In this document: piece by piece, positions 1-11,931 of the stretch
How positions within the stretch are numbered: the stretch's first letter is position 1
Layout of the letters: the number at the start of each line of letters is the position of its first letter
NCBI RefSeq assembly: GCF_004010195.1
Contig: NC_057720.1
Span: forward strand, 28,726,982-28,772,034
Source: Chiloscyllium plagiosum
Lineage: Eukaryota
Reading direction: 5' to 3'
Length of the DNA: 45,053 bases
The notes under the pieces: generated by a model
Databases searched by the model: none
What the model saw: the letters and a program-made list of their open reading frames with translations, nothing else
What the model was told of the DNA's origin: nothing
Translations under genes and position numbers: made by a program

Positions 1-382
1 TTTAGGACTACTTATTCACATCTTTCAATGAGCCTGAAAAGGTCATTAATAAAATTATCTACTGTTTCACCTAGTTTCTCAATTTGCTTCTTGAATTTGT
101 CCCTTTTCAGAATATTTTTGCTCCTTAGACTAAAATAATTATCAAAACTTTTAAGACTTCTTCAGATTTATTTGATGTCTCAATAATGCCAACTCTTGTA
201 TCATCTGCTACTCTTCAATTGAAACAATCTAGTGTGTTGATTCATTCTGCTTCAGACTTGCTGTTTAATTTTGAAACAATTCTGTACATCAAAAATCTTT
301 TCTTCCAATGTGCCCCATTTTGAGTTTGATTTGATCTTTCCATGTGCGCAATCTTTCTTTTTCCTGTAACTTTAAGATCCAT
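1..382 (-). mobile_element. Decayed Ty3/Gypsy gag fragment (runs off the window start)
   Basis: Manual minus-strand translation gives RFLMYRIVSKLNSKSEAE*INTL...ADD and NYFSLRSKNILKRDKFKKQIEKLGETVDNFINDLFRLIERCE*. This matches the Gypsy gag pattern 'ER.KF..R.Q..GE.VD.FI.DL..LA..CEY', with stops and frameshifts. Confidence 0.7.
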
Positions 383-699
383 GGCTTTTTGTACATTTTC
401 TAAGTGATATATTTGGTTTCCTAAATTTTGTTTTTCAATATGGAAAGTTTTCCCATGCTGTTTATCTTCGCATTAAATCCTGCTGCAGCTTTTATCTTCT
501 GTTGATGAAGTTTTGTATTAAAACTTGATGTTTCTGATTTCCATCATGCAAAATCATTGAAACCCACTTTATTTTAATAACATCTTCACTTTGTGGTCCA
601 GGCATATTAAATATTTTCGGCTATCCTTTGGTTTTGATTTTCCTTTCTTTCTTGTGGTCCAAAAAAAAGATTTGATTTTCAATCTTGTGTTTCCAAGAA

Positions 700-860
700 G
701 GAGATAGATATAGTTCTTGTGGCTGAAGGGATCAAATGGTGTGGGGCACAAGTGGGAATAGAGACTCAGGAAGATGATTAGCAATGACGATGTTAAATGG
801 TAGAGCAGCTCGAAGGGCCATATGGCTTACTTTAGTGTTCCTATCTTCTATGTTTTCTAT
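700..860 (+). mobile_element. CR1-type LINE 3' tail
   Basis: 'gagatagatatagttcttg...aagggatcaaa...gaagggccatatggcttact...ttctatgttttctat' resembles the CR1 3' UTRs elsewhere in the window. Confidence 0.65.
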
Positions 861-1125
861 TGTCATTAATATCGGATGACGATTGCTCCTTTTGTTTCTG
901 TTTGAAGACCCCTTTCTAGAGAATTAAATTCCCCAGTGCTGACTGCTTGGTCAACCATGCAAACAATTCTTTTACCCTGGTTAAGGATTGCTTACCAATT
1001 CTCTGGCCATTGTGTCATTCTCCAAGTCGAAGCCAATGGTGAGTGGATCAGAATTTTCTTCGCCAACCACTAAAGCTCAATGGTGAATCTGACCTCTTTG
1101 CAAGTTTGCTTTCTGACTCTCTCAG

Positions 1126-1243
1126 AAGGTTACAGGGTGAAGGCAAGAGAATGTGGTTGAGAAACATTTCAGCCATGATTGAATGATGGAGCAGACTCAA
1201 TGGGTCAAATGGCCTAATTTTGCTCCTATACTGTATGGTCTTG
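1126..1243 (+). mobile_element. CR1-type LINE 3' tail
   Basis: 'tcagccatgattgaatgatggagcagactcaatgggtcaaatggcctaattttgctcctat' closely matches the tail at 23525-23590. Confidence 0.7.
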
Positions 1244-1379
1244 CGGCGTCTGTCTCCACTTCACTGTGAGGAGCAGCCTTGGGGTTCTTCACACACGCTT
1301 GTTAGGTTCTGCAATGGTGCGCCACATTTACAGGTCCATCTTTCCAACCTTCTTTAAAGTTGCTTTCCAATGTGTTTTG

Positions 1380-1545
1380 GTATCCAAATGTGTCCTGTAG
1401 TTTGAGGGTCCCCCACTAGTGGAAACATCTTCTCAACATCAACCTATGAAATCCCCTCAAGATTTTTCAAATAAGATCACACTCAGTCTTCTAAACACCA
1501 ATGAATAGTGCCCTAACCTGTTAAGCTGTCTTGATAAATCAACTC
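1380..1545 (-). mobile_element. CR1-type LINE ORF2 3' fragment, resuming at ~2441-2492
   Basis: The reverse complement gives the CR1 C-terminal region (caggttagggcactattcattggtgtttagaagactgagtgtgatcttatt). The adjacent ORF2 part (cattggaggcagttcaaaagagattcattagactgattcctggg) follows the + strand element inserted into it. Confidence 0.6.
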
Positions 1546-2440
1546 CAGGATGTTTCTTCAGGAGTCCCTCAGGGTAGTGTCTAGGCTCAATTACCTTCAG
1601 ATGCTTCACCAATAACGTTCCCTCCAATGGAAGGTCAGAAATAGTGATGTTTGCTGACGATGCACAATTTGGGATTTCTCGGATAGTGAAGCAATTATGT
1701 CCAAATGCAGCATGACTTTGACAATATCCAGGCCTGGGCTGAAAAGTGGCAGGTAGCATTGGGGCAGTACAAATGCAAAGAATTCACCATCTCCAATAAC
1801 AGAAATCTAACCACTGCCACTTGACATTTAATGGTGTTACCATCACTGAATCCCCCGTTATCAACATCCTTGAGGTTACCATTGACTAGAAACTCAACTA
1901 GACTATATGTTCAGTGGCTATAAAAGCAAGTTGGGGGCTCCTGATAGGGTTAATCCTAACCTTAACTATCACAGTGAGTAACTCACCTTTTCACTTCCCA
2001 GAGCTGGCCCACCATCTACAGCACCCAACTCAGGAGTGTGATGGAATACTCTTCTGCCTGGATGAATGAAGCTCCAAGGATACGCAAAAAGCTTGATACT
2101 ATCCAGGGTGAAACAGCTCACTTAATTAGCACCACATCCACAAACATTTCATCTTCATCTCAAAGGACAAGGGTAGCAGATACATGGGTACACTACTATC
2201 TCCAAGTTCCCCTCCAAGTCACTCACCATCCTGCCTTCGAAATATACTGCTACTCTTTTACTGTCACTGGATCAAAATGTTCGGATTTTCTCCATAAGGG
2301 CATTGTGGGTCAACCTACAGCACATGGACTGCAGTGTTTCAAGAAGGCAGCTCACCACCACCTTCTCATGGGCAACTAGAGATGGGCATTAAATGCTGGC
2401 CCAGCCAATGACACCTAAATCCCATGAATGAATAAAAAAA
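1546..2440 (+). mobile_element. CR1/L2-like LINE 3' portion (RT FADD motif to polyA)
   Basis: gtgatgtttgctgacgat = VMFADD. ORF 2038-2379 (MEYSSAWMNEAP...KKLDTIQ) is a post-RT region. The element ends in aataaaaaaa at ~2440. Confidence 0.75.
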
Positions 2441-2539
2441 TCTCCTTGTCCCAGGAATCAGTCTAATGAATCTCTTTTGAACTGCCTCCAATGTCAGTAG
2501 ATCGATTTGCCTTCTTAATCATTACATTGGGAAAATTTT

Positions 2540-3045
2540 CTCCTAGTCACCATCTAATTTTCCAAGTTTGCAATTATCAATTAAAGATCACTTCAACTGT
2601 GTCAGTGGTGGGCACAATGAGTGTAATGTTCAAACTATTTAATAAAGCGAAGAAATTATATCTGAAACGGACCACAAAGTTCAGGCAGACGTTTTAGGTA
2701 CGTAAGTGTTAATGGTGTATAAATCATGTGACAGCCTTGTGTTCTTACCAGATCCAATGGAACAATCCACTGAGTGACTGGTCCACAGTGTTATAGCACT
2801 TAGTGTGAAATGCAGGCTGACAAAAAGAGAGTGACAAAATTATTTTGATTTGTCATGCCGAAGAGCTACATCTTTACATATGGGCTTACTATCATCAGCA
2901 AGCATCAGGTTTAGAAAGAAATTTAGCCCAACTCTGCCAGTCCTTCACCTGTCCAACTTCATAGGAATGCAGGACAAACCCCTTGAAAAAAGCGAAACAG
3001 AAGATGGTACATGACTGATATGCGAAGGTAGAACTGCCTAATACT
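2540..3045 (+). mobile_element. Decayed Gypsy integrase fragment, continuing at ~6238-6400 after CR1 insertions
   Basis: Motifs in order: EEIISE(N)GPQ (~2648-2676), INHVT..Y-RSNG (~2718-2762), RATSLHMGL.S...F..K.SPTLP (~2862-2940), KQKMVHD*YAKVELP (~2995-3040). At ~6330-6365 NGTMLRRN/KQLR resembles the 'LRRNRxQLR' C-terminus. Confidence 0.6.
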
Positions 3046-4488
3046 AGAGTAAGATAAGGACCAATCAAAGATAGTAGTGGAAGGTTGTGTGTGGGATCTG
3101 AGGACATAGGGGAAGCACTTAATTAATACTTTTTGTCAGTATTTACATTGGAAAAGGGTAATGTTAGTGAGAATATGGAGATAACAGGCTACATGATTAG
3201 ATGGGATTGAGGTTGACAAAGAGGAGGTTTTAGCAATTTTTGAAGATCTAAAAATAGATAAAACCCCAGGGCCAGATGGGATTTATCCTTGGATTCTCTG
3301 GGAAACAAAGGAGGAGATTGCAGAGGCTTTGGCTTTGATCCTTAAGTCATCATTATCAACAGGAATAGTGCCAGAAGATTGGAGGATAGCAAATGTTGTT
3401 CCCTTGTTTAAGAAGGGGAGTCAGGACAACTCTAATAATTATAGGCCACAACTTCAGTTGTGGGTAAGGTGTTGGAAAAGGTTATAAGAGATAGGGTTTA
3501 TAATCATCTGGAAAGGAATAATTTGATTAGAGATAGTGAACATGATTTTGTGAAGGGTAGGTCATGCCTCACTAACCTCATTGAGTTCTTTGAGAAGGTG
3601 ACAAAACAGGTGGATGAAAGGAAGATGGTTGATGTGGTGTATATGAACTTCAGTAAGGCGTTTGATAAGGTTCCACACGGTAGGCTATTGCACAAAATAA
3701 GGAGTTTTGGGATTGAAGGTGATTTAGCGGTTTGGATCAGAAATTGGCTTGACAGAGGGTGGTGGTTGATGGGAAACGTTCATCTTGAAACTCAGTTACC
3801 AGCGCTGTGCCGCAAGGATCTGTTTTGGGACCACTGCTGTTTGTAATTTTTGGAAATGATCTGGAGGTGGGCGTAGAAGGATGTGTTGGTAAATTTGAGG
3901 ATGACACTAAGGTAGGCAGAGTTGTGAATAGTGCCGAATGATACTATGGGTTACAATGGGACATAGATAAGATGCAGAGCTGGGCTGAGAAGTGGCAAAT
4001 GGAGTTTAATGTGGAAAGGTGTGAGGTAGTTCACTTCGGAAGAAGTAACAGGAAATGCAGTGCAGAGTACTGAGCTAATGGTAAAATTCTTGGCAGTATA
4101 GATGAACAGAGAGATCTTAGTGTCCAGGTGTATAAATCCCTGAAAGTTGCCAACCAGGTTGATAGGATTGTTCAGAAGGCATTTGGTGTATTGGCATTTA
4201 TTGGTAGGGAGAATGAGTTTCAGAGCCACAAGGTCATGCTTCAGCTGTACAAGAAACTGAACATAGGGGAACATAGCTGTCTGGATACAGAATTGGCTGG
4301 CCAACAGAAGACAGCGAGTGGTAGTAGAAGGAAAATATTCTGCCTGGAAGTCTGTGGTGAGTGGTGTTCCACAGGGCTCTGTCCTTGGGCCTCTATTGTA
4401 ATTTTTATTAATGACTTGGATGACGGGATTGAAGGATGGGTCAGCAAGTTTGCAGATGACACAAAGGTTGGAGGTGTCATTGACAGTA
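3046..4488 (+). mobile_element. CR1/HER1-type LINE ORF2 (reverse transcriptase) fragments, disrupted
   Basis: ORF 3460-3846 has KGRSCLTNLIEFFE...FSKAFDKVPH. A second copy from ~4260 repeats the RT core (IFINDLD..VSKFADDTK). Confidence 0.92.
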
Positions 4489-4923
4489 NNNNNNNNNNNN
4501 NNNNNNNNNNNNNNNNNNNNNNNNNNNNNNNNNNNNNNNNNNNNNNNNNNNNNNNNNNNNNNNNNNNNNNNNNNNNNNNNNNNNNNNNNNNNNNNNNNNN
4601 NNNNNNNNNNNNNNNNNNNNNNNNNNNNNNNNNNNNNNNNNNNNNNNNNNNNNNNNNNNNNNNNNNNNNNNNNNNNNNNNNNNNNNNNNNNNNNNNNNNN
4701 NNNNNNNNNNNNNNNNNNNNNNNNNNNNNNNNNNNNNNNNNNNNNNNNNNNNNNNNNNNNNNNNNNNNNNNNNNNNNNNNNNNNNNNNNNNNNNNNNNNN
4801 NNNNNNNNNNNNNNNNNNNNNNNNNNNNNNNNNNNNNNNNNNNNNNNNNNNNNNNNNNNNNNNNNNNNNNNNNNNNNNNNNNNNNNNNNNNNNNNNNNNN
4901 NNNNNNNNNNNNNNNNNNNNNNN
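4489..4923. other. Assembly gap (N run)
   Basis: Continuous run of n. Confidence 1.
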
Positions 4924-5140
4924 CCCTTACCTAACACTACGGGCAATTTAGCATGGCCAATTCACCTGACCTGCACATCTTTGGACTGTGGGAGGAAACC
5001 GGAGCATCCGGAGGAAACCCACGCAGACACAGGGAGAATGTGCAAACTCCACACAGTCAGTCGCCTGAGGCGGGAATTGAACCCGGGTCTCAGATGCTGT
5101 GAGGCAGCAATGCTAACCATTGTGCCACCGTGCCGCCCAC
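4924..5140 (-). mobile_element. HE1-type tRNA-derived V-SINE (partial, abuts gap)
   Basis: Near-identical to the other copies. Pol III A/B boxes (tggcacaatgg, ggttcaattcc) are on the minus strand. Confidence 0.9.
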
Positions 5141-6237
5141 ATAGAGGGGATGTCAGAGGTGTGTTCTTTACACAGAGAGTTGTGAGAGCATGGAATGCGT
5201 TGCCAGCAGCAGTTGTGGAGGCAGGGTCATTTGGGGACATTTAAGAGACTCCTCGATATACATATGGTCACAGAAATTTGAGGATACATGAGGATCAGTA
5301 GTCAGCACAACATCGTGGGCTGAAGGGCCTGTTCTGTGCCGTACTGTTCTATGTTCTATGTTCTATGATAAGGCCGCACCTGGAGTATTGCGTGAAGTTC
5401 TAGTCACCGCATTATAGGAAGGATATGGAAGTTTTGGAAAGGGTTCAGAGGAGATTTACTAGGATGTTGCCTGGTATGGAAAGAAGGTTTATGGGGAGAG
5501 GCTGAGGGAACTGAGGCTGTTTTTGTTGGAGAGAAGAAGGTTGAGAGGTGACTTAATCAAGACATATAAAATAATCAGAGGGTTAGATAGGGTGGACAGT
5601 GAGAGCCTTTTTCCTGGGATGGTAAAGGCTAACACAAGGGGACATAGCTTTAAACTGAGGGGTGATAGATTTAGGACCGATATCAGGGATAATTTCTTTA
5701 CTCAGAGATTAGTAGGGGCATGGAATGGCCTCCTTGCATGCCGTAGTAGATGTTAAGGACATTTAAATTTTATTAAGGACATTGTGGGCGGCACGGTGGC
5801 ACAGTGGTTAGCACTGCTGCCTCGCAGCGCCAGAGACCCGGGTTCAATTCCCGCCTCAGGCGACTGACTGTGTGGAGTTTGCACGTTCTCCCCGTGTCTG
5901 CGTGGGTTTCCTCCGGGTGCTCCGGTTTCCTCCCACATCACAAAGATGTGCAGGGTCAGGTGAATTGGCCATACTAAATTGCCCGTAGTGTTAGGTAAGG
6001 GGTAAATGTAGGGGTATGGGTGGGTTTCGCTTTGGCGGGTCGGTGTGGACTTGTTGGGCCGATGGGCCTGTTTCCACACTGTAATCTAATCTAATCTTAA
6101 ATGTGCATTGGATAGGCGTATGGATAATAATAGAACAGTGTAGGTTAGATGGGCATCAGATCAATTTCTCAGGTCGGTGCAACATTGAGGCCCAAAAGGC
6201 CTGTACTGCGCTGTAACATTCTATGTTCTTTGTTCTA
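5141..6237 (+). mobile_element. Two tandem CR1 3' ends, the second interrupted by an HE1 SINE
   Basis: RGDVRGVFFTQRVVRAWNALP with a (gttctat)n tail at ~5345-5367. ORF 5523-5756 reads LERRRLRGDLIKTYKI...TRGHSFKL, with tail ttctatgttctttgttct at ~6220-6236. Confidence 0.88.
5783..6097 (+). mobile_element. HE1-type V-SINE, full length
   Basis: gggcggcacggtggcacagtggttagcactgctgcc (A box), ggttcaattccc (B box), CR1-like 3' end and (taatc)n tail. Confidence 0.93.
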
Positions 6238-6459
6238 ATCTGTACTTAGGACCAAGGGTCAGAGGCATACATTATACCCAAGGAATCTTTGTCACACATA
6301 GAGTTTACATCCTAAAAAGACACATCTAATGGAACAATGCTGAGAAGAAACATAAACAGCTGAGGAACTGTATACAGAAGACTAACAAATATATACTTGG
6401 AAAATGAAGATGTGGACAATCAGCATGGCAGCACACTAACAACAAACAAGAGTGCTGTT

Positions 6460-6982
6460 TAAGGTCCTGGTGAGATCACATTTGGAGTACTATGAGCAGT
6501 TTTAGTCCCCAAATTTAAGGGAGGCAGTTCAGAGGAGGTTCACTAGGATGATCCATGGTATGGAGGGGTTATCTTATTTGCAAAGGTTAAACAGGTTGGG
6601 ACTGTACTCACTGGACTTTAGAAGAATGACAGGTGATTTCAATGAAACGTACAGGATAAATGTTGAGAGGATGTAACCCCATATGGGAGAGTGTAGAACC
6701 AGGTGGCATAGTCTCAGAATAAAGGGGCACCAATTTAAGACTGAGATGAGGAAAAATTTCTTCTTTGAGAGGGTTGAGAATCTTTGGAAATCCCTGCCAT
6801 AGAACGTTATAGGCAGAGTCCTTGTGCATATTTAAGACTGAGATCGATAGACTCTTGATTAGTAGGGGAAAGACAGGAAGGTGGGCATTAGAATGTTCGA
6901 TCAGCCATCCTACCAAATGGTCAAGTAGGCTGAAGGGCTGAACAGCCTCCTTCTGTTCCTATTTCTTGTGTTCTTATGGTCT
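6460..6982 (+). mobile_element. CR1-type LINE 3' fragment
   Basis: LVRSHLEY.EQF, VQRRFTRMI, RTRWHSLRIKG-like segments followed by a 3' tail. Confidence 0.8.
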
Positions 6983-7204
6983 GAAGACACCAACACAAAT
7001 ATCAGTCAATGATAACCAAGTGTGAAATCTAAATGTCCAGAACCTTAAACCTTTGCAACATCTGGAAGGATTAGCTGTATGTTATTCAATCTCTTAGACT
7101 CATAAATTTGTGGTTTCTTTTGATTCTTCTTGACATGTAAATAATTTAACTAATGTATTTATAGTTTTACCCTTAATGTGTGTAATCTTTGGCCTGTTTT
7201 GTCA

Positions 7205-7585
7205 ATAATTTAGAAAGTTAAGGGGTTATCTGATCAAAGTCTTCAAGATATTAATAAGAAGACAGGGTAGATACAGACGAACTATCTCCACTACTTGAGG
7301 ATTCTAGAACTTGGGGCATAGAATTAGGGCCAAATCATTCAGGAGAGATCTTTGGAAACCCTTCGACACATAAAAGATGATAGAATTTTGGAACCCTTTT
7401 CCACAAATAGCAGTTGATGTTAGATCAGTTGTTAGATTTAAATCTTATTTAGCTAATAGTTTGTTAAGCAAAGATGTTAAGGAATATGTATTAAAGGAAT
7501 ATAGAGTTAGGCCACCCTCTCAGCCATGATCTCATTAAATGGTGAACAGGCAAAAGAGCTGAATGGCCAACTCCTATGTTCCTGT
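7205..7585 (+). mobile_element. Old CR1-type LINE 3' fragment
   Basis: tttagaaagttaaggggttatctgatcaaagtcttcaagata, then cagccatgatctcattaaatggtg...tcctatgttcct tail. Confidence 0.7.
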
Positions 7586-7745
7586 CTTGGAGGGAAAAGG
7601 GGATGTTGCGGTGCTAACTTAAGAGCTGAGTATACTAATGAATAAAGGACCAGGAGGACAACTATGATTAGCAACCCTGAGGAGTCCAAGCAACAGCATG
7701 CTAGGTTAATGGTGTGTGTATAAGCTGCCCTATAGCTTCAAGTTA

Positions 7746-8065
7746 ATTAGATTAGATTAGATTACTTACAGTGTGGAAACAGGCCCTTCGGCCCAACAAG
7801 TCCACACCGACCCACCGAAGCGCAACCCACCCATACCCCTACATTTACCCCTTACCTAACACTACGGGCAATTTAGCGTGGTCAATTCACCTGACCTGCA
7901 CATCTTTGGACTGTGGGAGGAAACCGGAGCACCCGGAGGAAACCACGCAGACACGGGGAGAACGTGCAAACTCCACACAGTCAGTCGCCTGAGACGGGTA
8001 TTGAACCCGGGTCTCTGGCGCTGTGAGGCAGCAGTGCTAGTTACTGTGCCACCGTGCCGCCCACA
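7746..8065 (-). mobile_element. HE1-type V-SINE, full length
   Basis: (attag)n tail at 7746-7763; the body is the reverse complement of 5783-6097. Confidence 0.93.
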
Positions 8066-8665
8066 AGTAAACCTATTTGAGATTTTCAAGTAAATTGAAC
8101 CTAAGCTGCTAATAAGACCATTATGAAAGTTGTAATTCTGTGTTCAGGAACAGAACAAAAGAATATGACAGTATGTAGAAGAGTAGGACAATATGTAGAA
8201 GATGGTGACAAATTTCTGAGGGCAGCTAAATGTAAGGACATAAGTTGAGAATGGAATGCTCTGGGGAGCAATGTAAGAAAACATTATTGCATGTTTACAG
8301 CCACAGGAATAGTTTGCGAGGATTGCGTTAAGAATGAATTCACTACCAGCTTTCAAAAGGCAGCTGTATGAGCCTTCCCTTGCAAAGAGTTGATATGTAG
8401 GTGTGATTGGTGATATTCATTAATACACTATCCTCGAAGTTGTTTCACTCATGGCTCAGTTGGGGTCTGACCTGTGAGTCAGAAACCTATTGTTCAAGTC
8501 CCAGTTCAGAACTTGAGTGCAAAACATTAAGCAGAAAATGCCTTTCGAATACGTTTAATTGAGGCCATGGCAGTTCACTCCAGTGGATGAAAACATCCTG
8601 TAGCACTCTTTGCAAAAGCAGCAAGCAAGTTAATAGTGGTTTCTTGCTCAGCATTCATCCGTCAA

Positions 8666-8978
8666 GCAGCACAGTGGCTCAGTGATTAAGCACTGCTACC
8701 TCACAGCACCAGTGACCTGGGTTCGATTCTAGCCTCAGGCAGCGTTTGCACATTCTCCCTGTGTCTGCGTGGATTTTTCCGGTTTGTTCTCACAGTCCAA
8801 AGATGAGCAGGTTAGGTAAATTGCCCATAGTATTCAGGGGTGTGAAGGTTAGGTGCATTAGTCAGGGGTAAATGTAGAGTAATAGGGAATGGGTTTGGGT
8901 TGGGTACTGTTCGGAGGTTTGGTGTGGACCTGTTGGGCAGAAGGGCCTGTTTTCCACACTGTAGGGATTCTATGATTC
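8666..8978 (+). mobile_element. HE1-type V-SINE (older, diverged subfamily)
   Basis: gcagcacagtggctcagtgattaagcactgc, gggttcgattc, and a gggattctatgattct tail. Confidence 0.85.
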
Positions 8979-9025
8979 TCAATCAACCTCATTAAAAAAA
9001 TGGATTATCTGGTTATTATCGCATT

Positions 9026-9345
9026 CATCATCGTCGACGGTCTCTTGCAGATGAAGATAACTCTCTTCCAATGTCAGGGGGAGCCCATTGGTGGCTGTGC
9101 AGACTGATGTGGCTTCTATAGGTTCTGTTGCACTTAGGGCAGAAGGTAGTCCTGGGAAGGGATCGGTGTGGCAACGTGCTCTTTGCACTGTTTTCACCTG
9201 GCTTACACTTTTTCCTGAGGTTCTTGATGCCTTCCTGGATGCTCCTCCTCCACTTTGGACGGTCTTGGGTCAGTAATTCCCAAGTGTCTGTGGGAATGCC
9301 ACACTTCACCAGTGGGTCCTTGAGGATATCACTGAAGCGGATCTT
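9026..9345 (-). mobile_element. RTE-clade LINE 3' fragment
   Basis: ORF 9028-9309 reads KCGIPTDTWELLTQDRPKWRRSIQEG, then CPKCNRT..SHISLHSH (C2H2-like) and a short (tga)n tail, typical of RTE ORF C-termini. Confidence 0.85.
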
Positions 9346-11065
9346 GCCACTTTACTATTGTCGCAACATGCTGTGTATAAATTGACTCCTTCATTTCCTA
9401 CTGTACAACAGGGATTATGTCTCAAAAGTACTCCATTGGTTGGAAAGCACTTTGAAATATCTTGAGATTAGCAAAGATGCTACATAATAAATTCTGTATT
9501 TCTTTTTTACACTATGTTGCCTTCAGGAGTTAAAAAAAGGCATTTCTCTGTTTCACATGGTCACACTACAACAATATAAAATTGTACTAAATGCATCAGT
9601 TTGCCGATAGCAGAATGTCGACAGACATGAGAAGTTGAAATGATGGGAACAGACAGTAGGAGATACTGTTTTGAAGTCAGAGCTGGATGTACCCTGTAAC
9701 ACAGAGAAACTTAATGGAACAATTATATTGGATAAATCACTGGAGGTTTTAATATTGCCAGCACAGAGTGTGGCTTGCTGTGAAGCACATTCATCAATTG
9801 CTGTTTACTAAAGAAAATGAGAAATGTAAGATACTCAAAATGATTTACTAATAATCCATGGGGAAAGTAACTAAGAAACAGAAGCTTTGTATTTTGTAGG
9901 GGTATTAGAATATATACTTGCATGCATAAATACACCCACACATAACATACACACACACGTAACTTTGAATCAGTGCATTCTGGTAACTAGCTGCAATGCA
10001 ATTAATTTGATGTTTGTCAAAAACTGCTGTAATTTATGTTCTTCAAATAATTTGTTAATTAAACTTGCCTTTGCACCTAGAAAATACCCAGTAACTAATG
10101 TAAGACAGATGGGGGGGGGGGGGGGGGGGGTGTGGAAGGGGGTGCAGAATCATTAAGATGGTTTCCTTAACCCTTTGTGAAACATTGATTCCCTGGGGAT
10201 TTCATGGGGCAGAGGATTTGAACTGTTGACCTAGGAACAAATATATTCATGGAGTTCAAGTACTTAATTCCTCTAACACCTAGAAGATGGTTAGTTTGAA
10301 GAAATGGGCTTCTGCTGTATGCTAAGTTCTTCATTAACCTCTCAAGAAAAGGAAGGATGAACAGAGTTACTATTCTCCATCTGTTCTGCAATATGTGGCA
10401 ACAGTCAATTCCTTCACCTTCAACAATACCCTTCTTTTCATAATATCTTTCACCCCCATTACAAGGTCACATGATAACACTTAATTCACATCACAAACAC
10501 ACCTTTTGTTTCTTCCTTACTGATATCAGCCAGGGTCAGCAATCTCTTCAAGTTTTCAAAGTCTAGCCAGAATTGTCACCTTCACTTATGTCTCCTCTCT
10601 CACTTTATATTCCATGCACCTGCTTTCAGTTCAGCATTTCCCTGCTTTTAAGCCTCATACTTCTTGTTTCTCTTTGCAGCTTCTACAACACCTTGGACAA
10701 GACACAAGAGAGTTTCAATAACTTGTGCCCTCTCTCTAAAAAAATGTCAGAGGGACAATACAGGAGCAAGACTGAAAGAGAACTATCCATTCTCATGTTG
10801 CATTAAGAGCTGAAATGAGAATGTTGGAGATCAATTGCAATTAGGATAAGACATTTTGAGGCTGACAGGAATGGTGTATTTTTATTAATTTCACCCTTTA
10901 TGAACATCTGATAAATGCACAGGCATGTAGCCTGACTTCATAAAGCTGTAAAGCTATTGCCTAGAATGTCAGAGACAACCTAAGTATATTTCCTTTTCTC
11001 TTTCCACTAGGTCATTTTCAACAGGCATAAACAGCAGGAGAACTTGCCTCAGCGACACCATCATA

Positions 11066-11443
11066 TAAGACCATAAGACCATAAGACATAGGAGCGGAAG
11101 TAAGGCCATCGAGTCCACTCCACCATTCATTCATGGCTGATGGGCATTTCAACTCCACTTACCCGCATTCTCCCCGTAGCCCTTAATTCCTTGTGACATC
11201 AAGAATTTATCAATTTCTGCCTTGAAGACATTTAGCATCCCAGCCTCCACTGTACTCCATGGCAATGAATTCCATAGGCCCAACACTCTCTGGCTGAAGA
11301 AATGTCTCCGCATTTCTGTTCTGAATTTACCCCCTCTAATTCTAAGGCTGTGTCCACGGGTCCTAGTCTCCTCGCCTAATGGAAACAATTTCCTAGCGTC
11401 CACCCTCTCCAAGCCATGTATTATCTTGTAAGTTTCTATTAGA
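11066..11443 (-). mobile_element. Young CR1-type LINE 3' end
   Basis: ORF 11149-11496 contains NLIETYKIIHGLERVDARKLFP..TRGHSLRIRG...WNSLP; (taagacca)n tail at 11066-11090. Confidence 0.9.
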
Positions 11444-11885
11444 TTTGTAGATGAATTAAATATAGACAAAAGTGAGGTTATCCACTTTGAATGCAAAGTA
11501 GGCAGGCAGATTATTACTTAAATGGCTGTAAATTGAGAGGAGAGAATGCTCAATGAGATGTGGGCATCCTTCTCTAACAGTCTCTGAAAATAAATGTTCA
11601 GGTGCAAAGGGCAAGAAAGAAGCCGAATGATGTTATTTTCGTAGCAAGAAAATTCGAGTGCAGGGTTGTCTGGCTGCAATTATATAGGGCATTAATGAGG
11701 CCAAACTTGGAATATCTGAGGATATCTGCTAAAGGGGAAGTGCAGTGAAGGTTTACCAAATTGATTCCTGGGCTGGTGTATGTGGAGAGATTGTGTAGTT
11801 TAGGGTTATATAGTGTTTAGAGGAATGAGGGGGATCTTGCAGAGAAAACTCATTCTAACAGGACTAAAGAGGTTAGATGCAGGAA
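11444..11885 (+). mobile_element. Old CR1-type LINE ORF2 fragment
   Basis: LMRPNLEY, VQ*RFTKLIPG and FRGMRGIL-like segments, heavily mutated. Confidence 0.7.
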
Positions 11886-11931
11886 GTGGGGGGGTATCGG
11901 ATGGATTTGGTGGGGAGAGCAGGAGGAGGGG

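Larger units (their letters stand above)
8450..9508 (+). mobile_element. SacSINE1/DeuSINE-like SINE split into three pieces (~8450-8665, ~8979-9025, ~9350-9508)
   Basis: Head ggctcagttgg...gagtcagaa...gttcaagtccc; central ggattatctggttattatcgcatt; tail tgctgtgtataaattgactcc...caaaagtactccattggttggaaagcacttt...gatgctacata. These match the DeuSINE layout as I recall it. Confidence 0.65.

Noticed and set aside
3951..5244. Long ORFs (268-331 aa) in the ORF track
   Set aside because: Their length comes from reading through an N gap; the real parts are CR1 and SINE sequence.
5783..5860. tRNA-like sequence with A and B boxes
   Set aside because: It is a SINE head that continues into the SINE body and has no complete cloverleaf.
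10112..10143. Poly-G tract with G-quadruplex potential
   Set aside because: It is a simple homopolymer whose length is unreliable, with no functional context.
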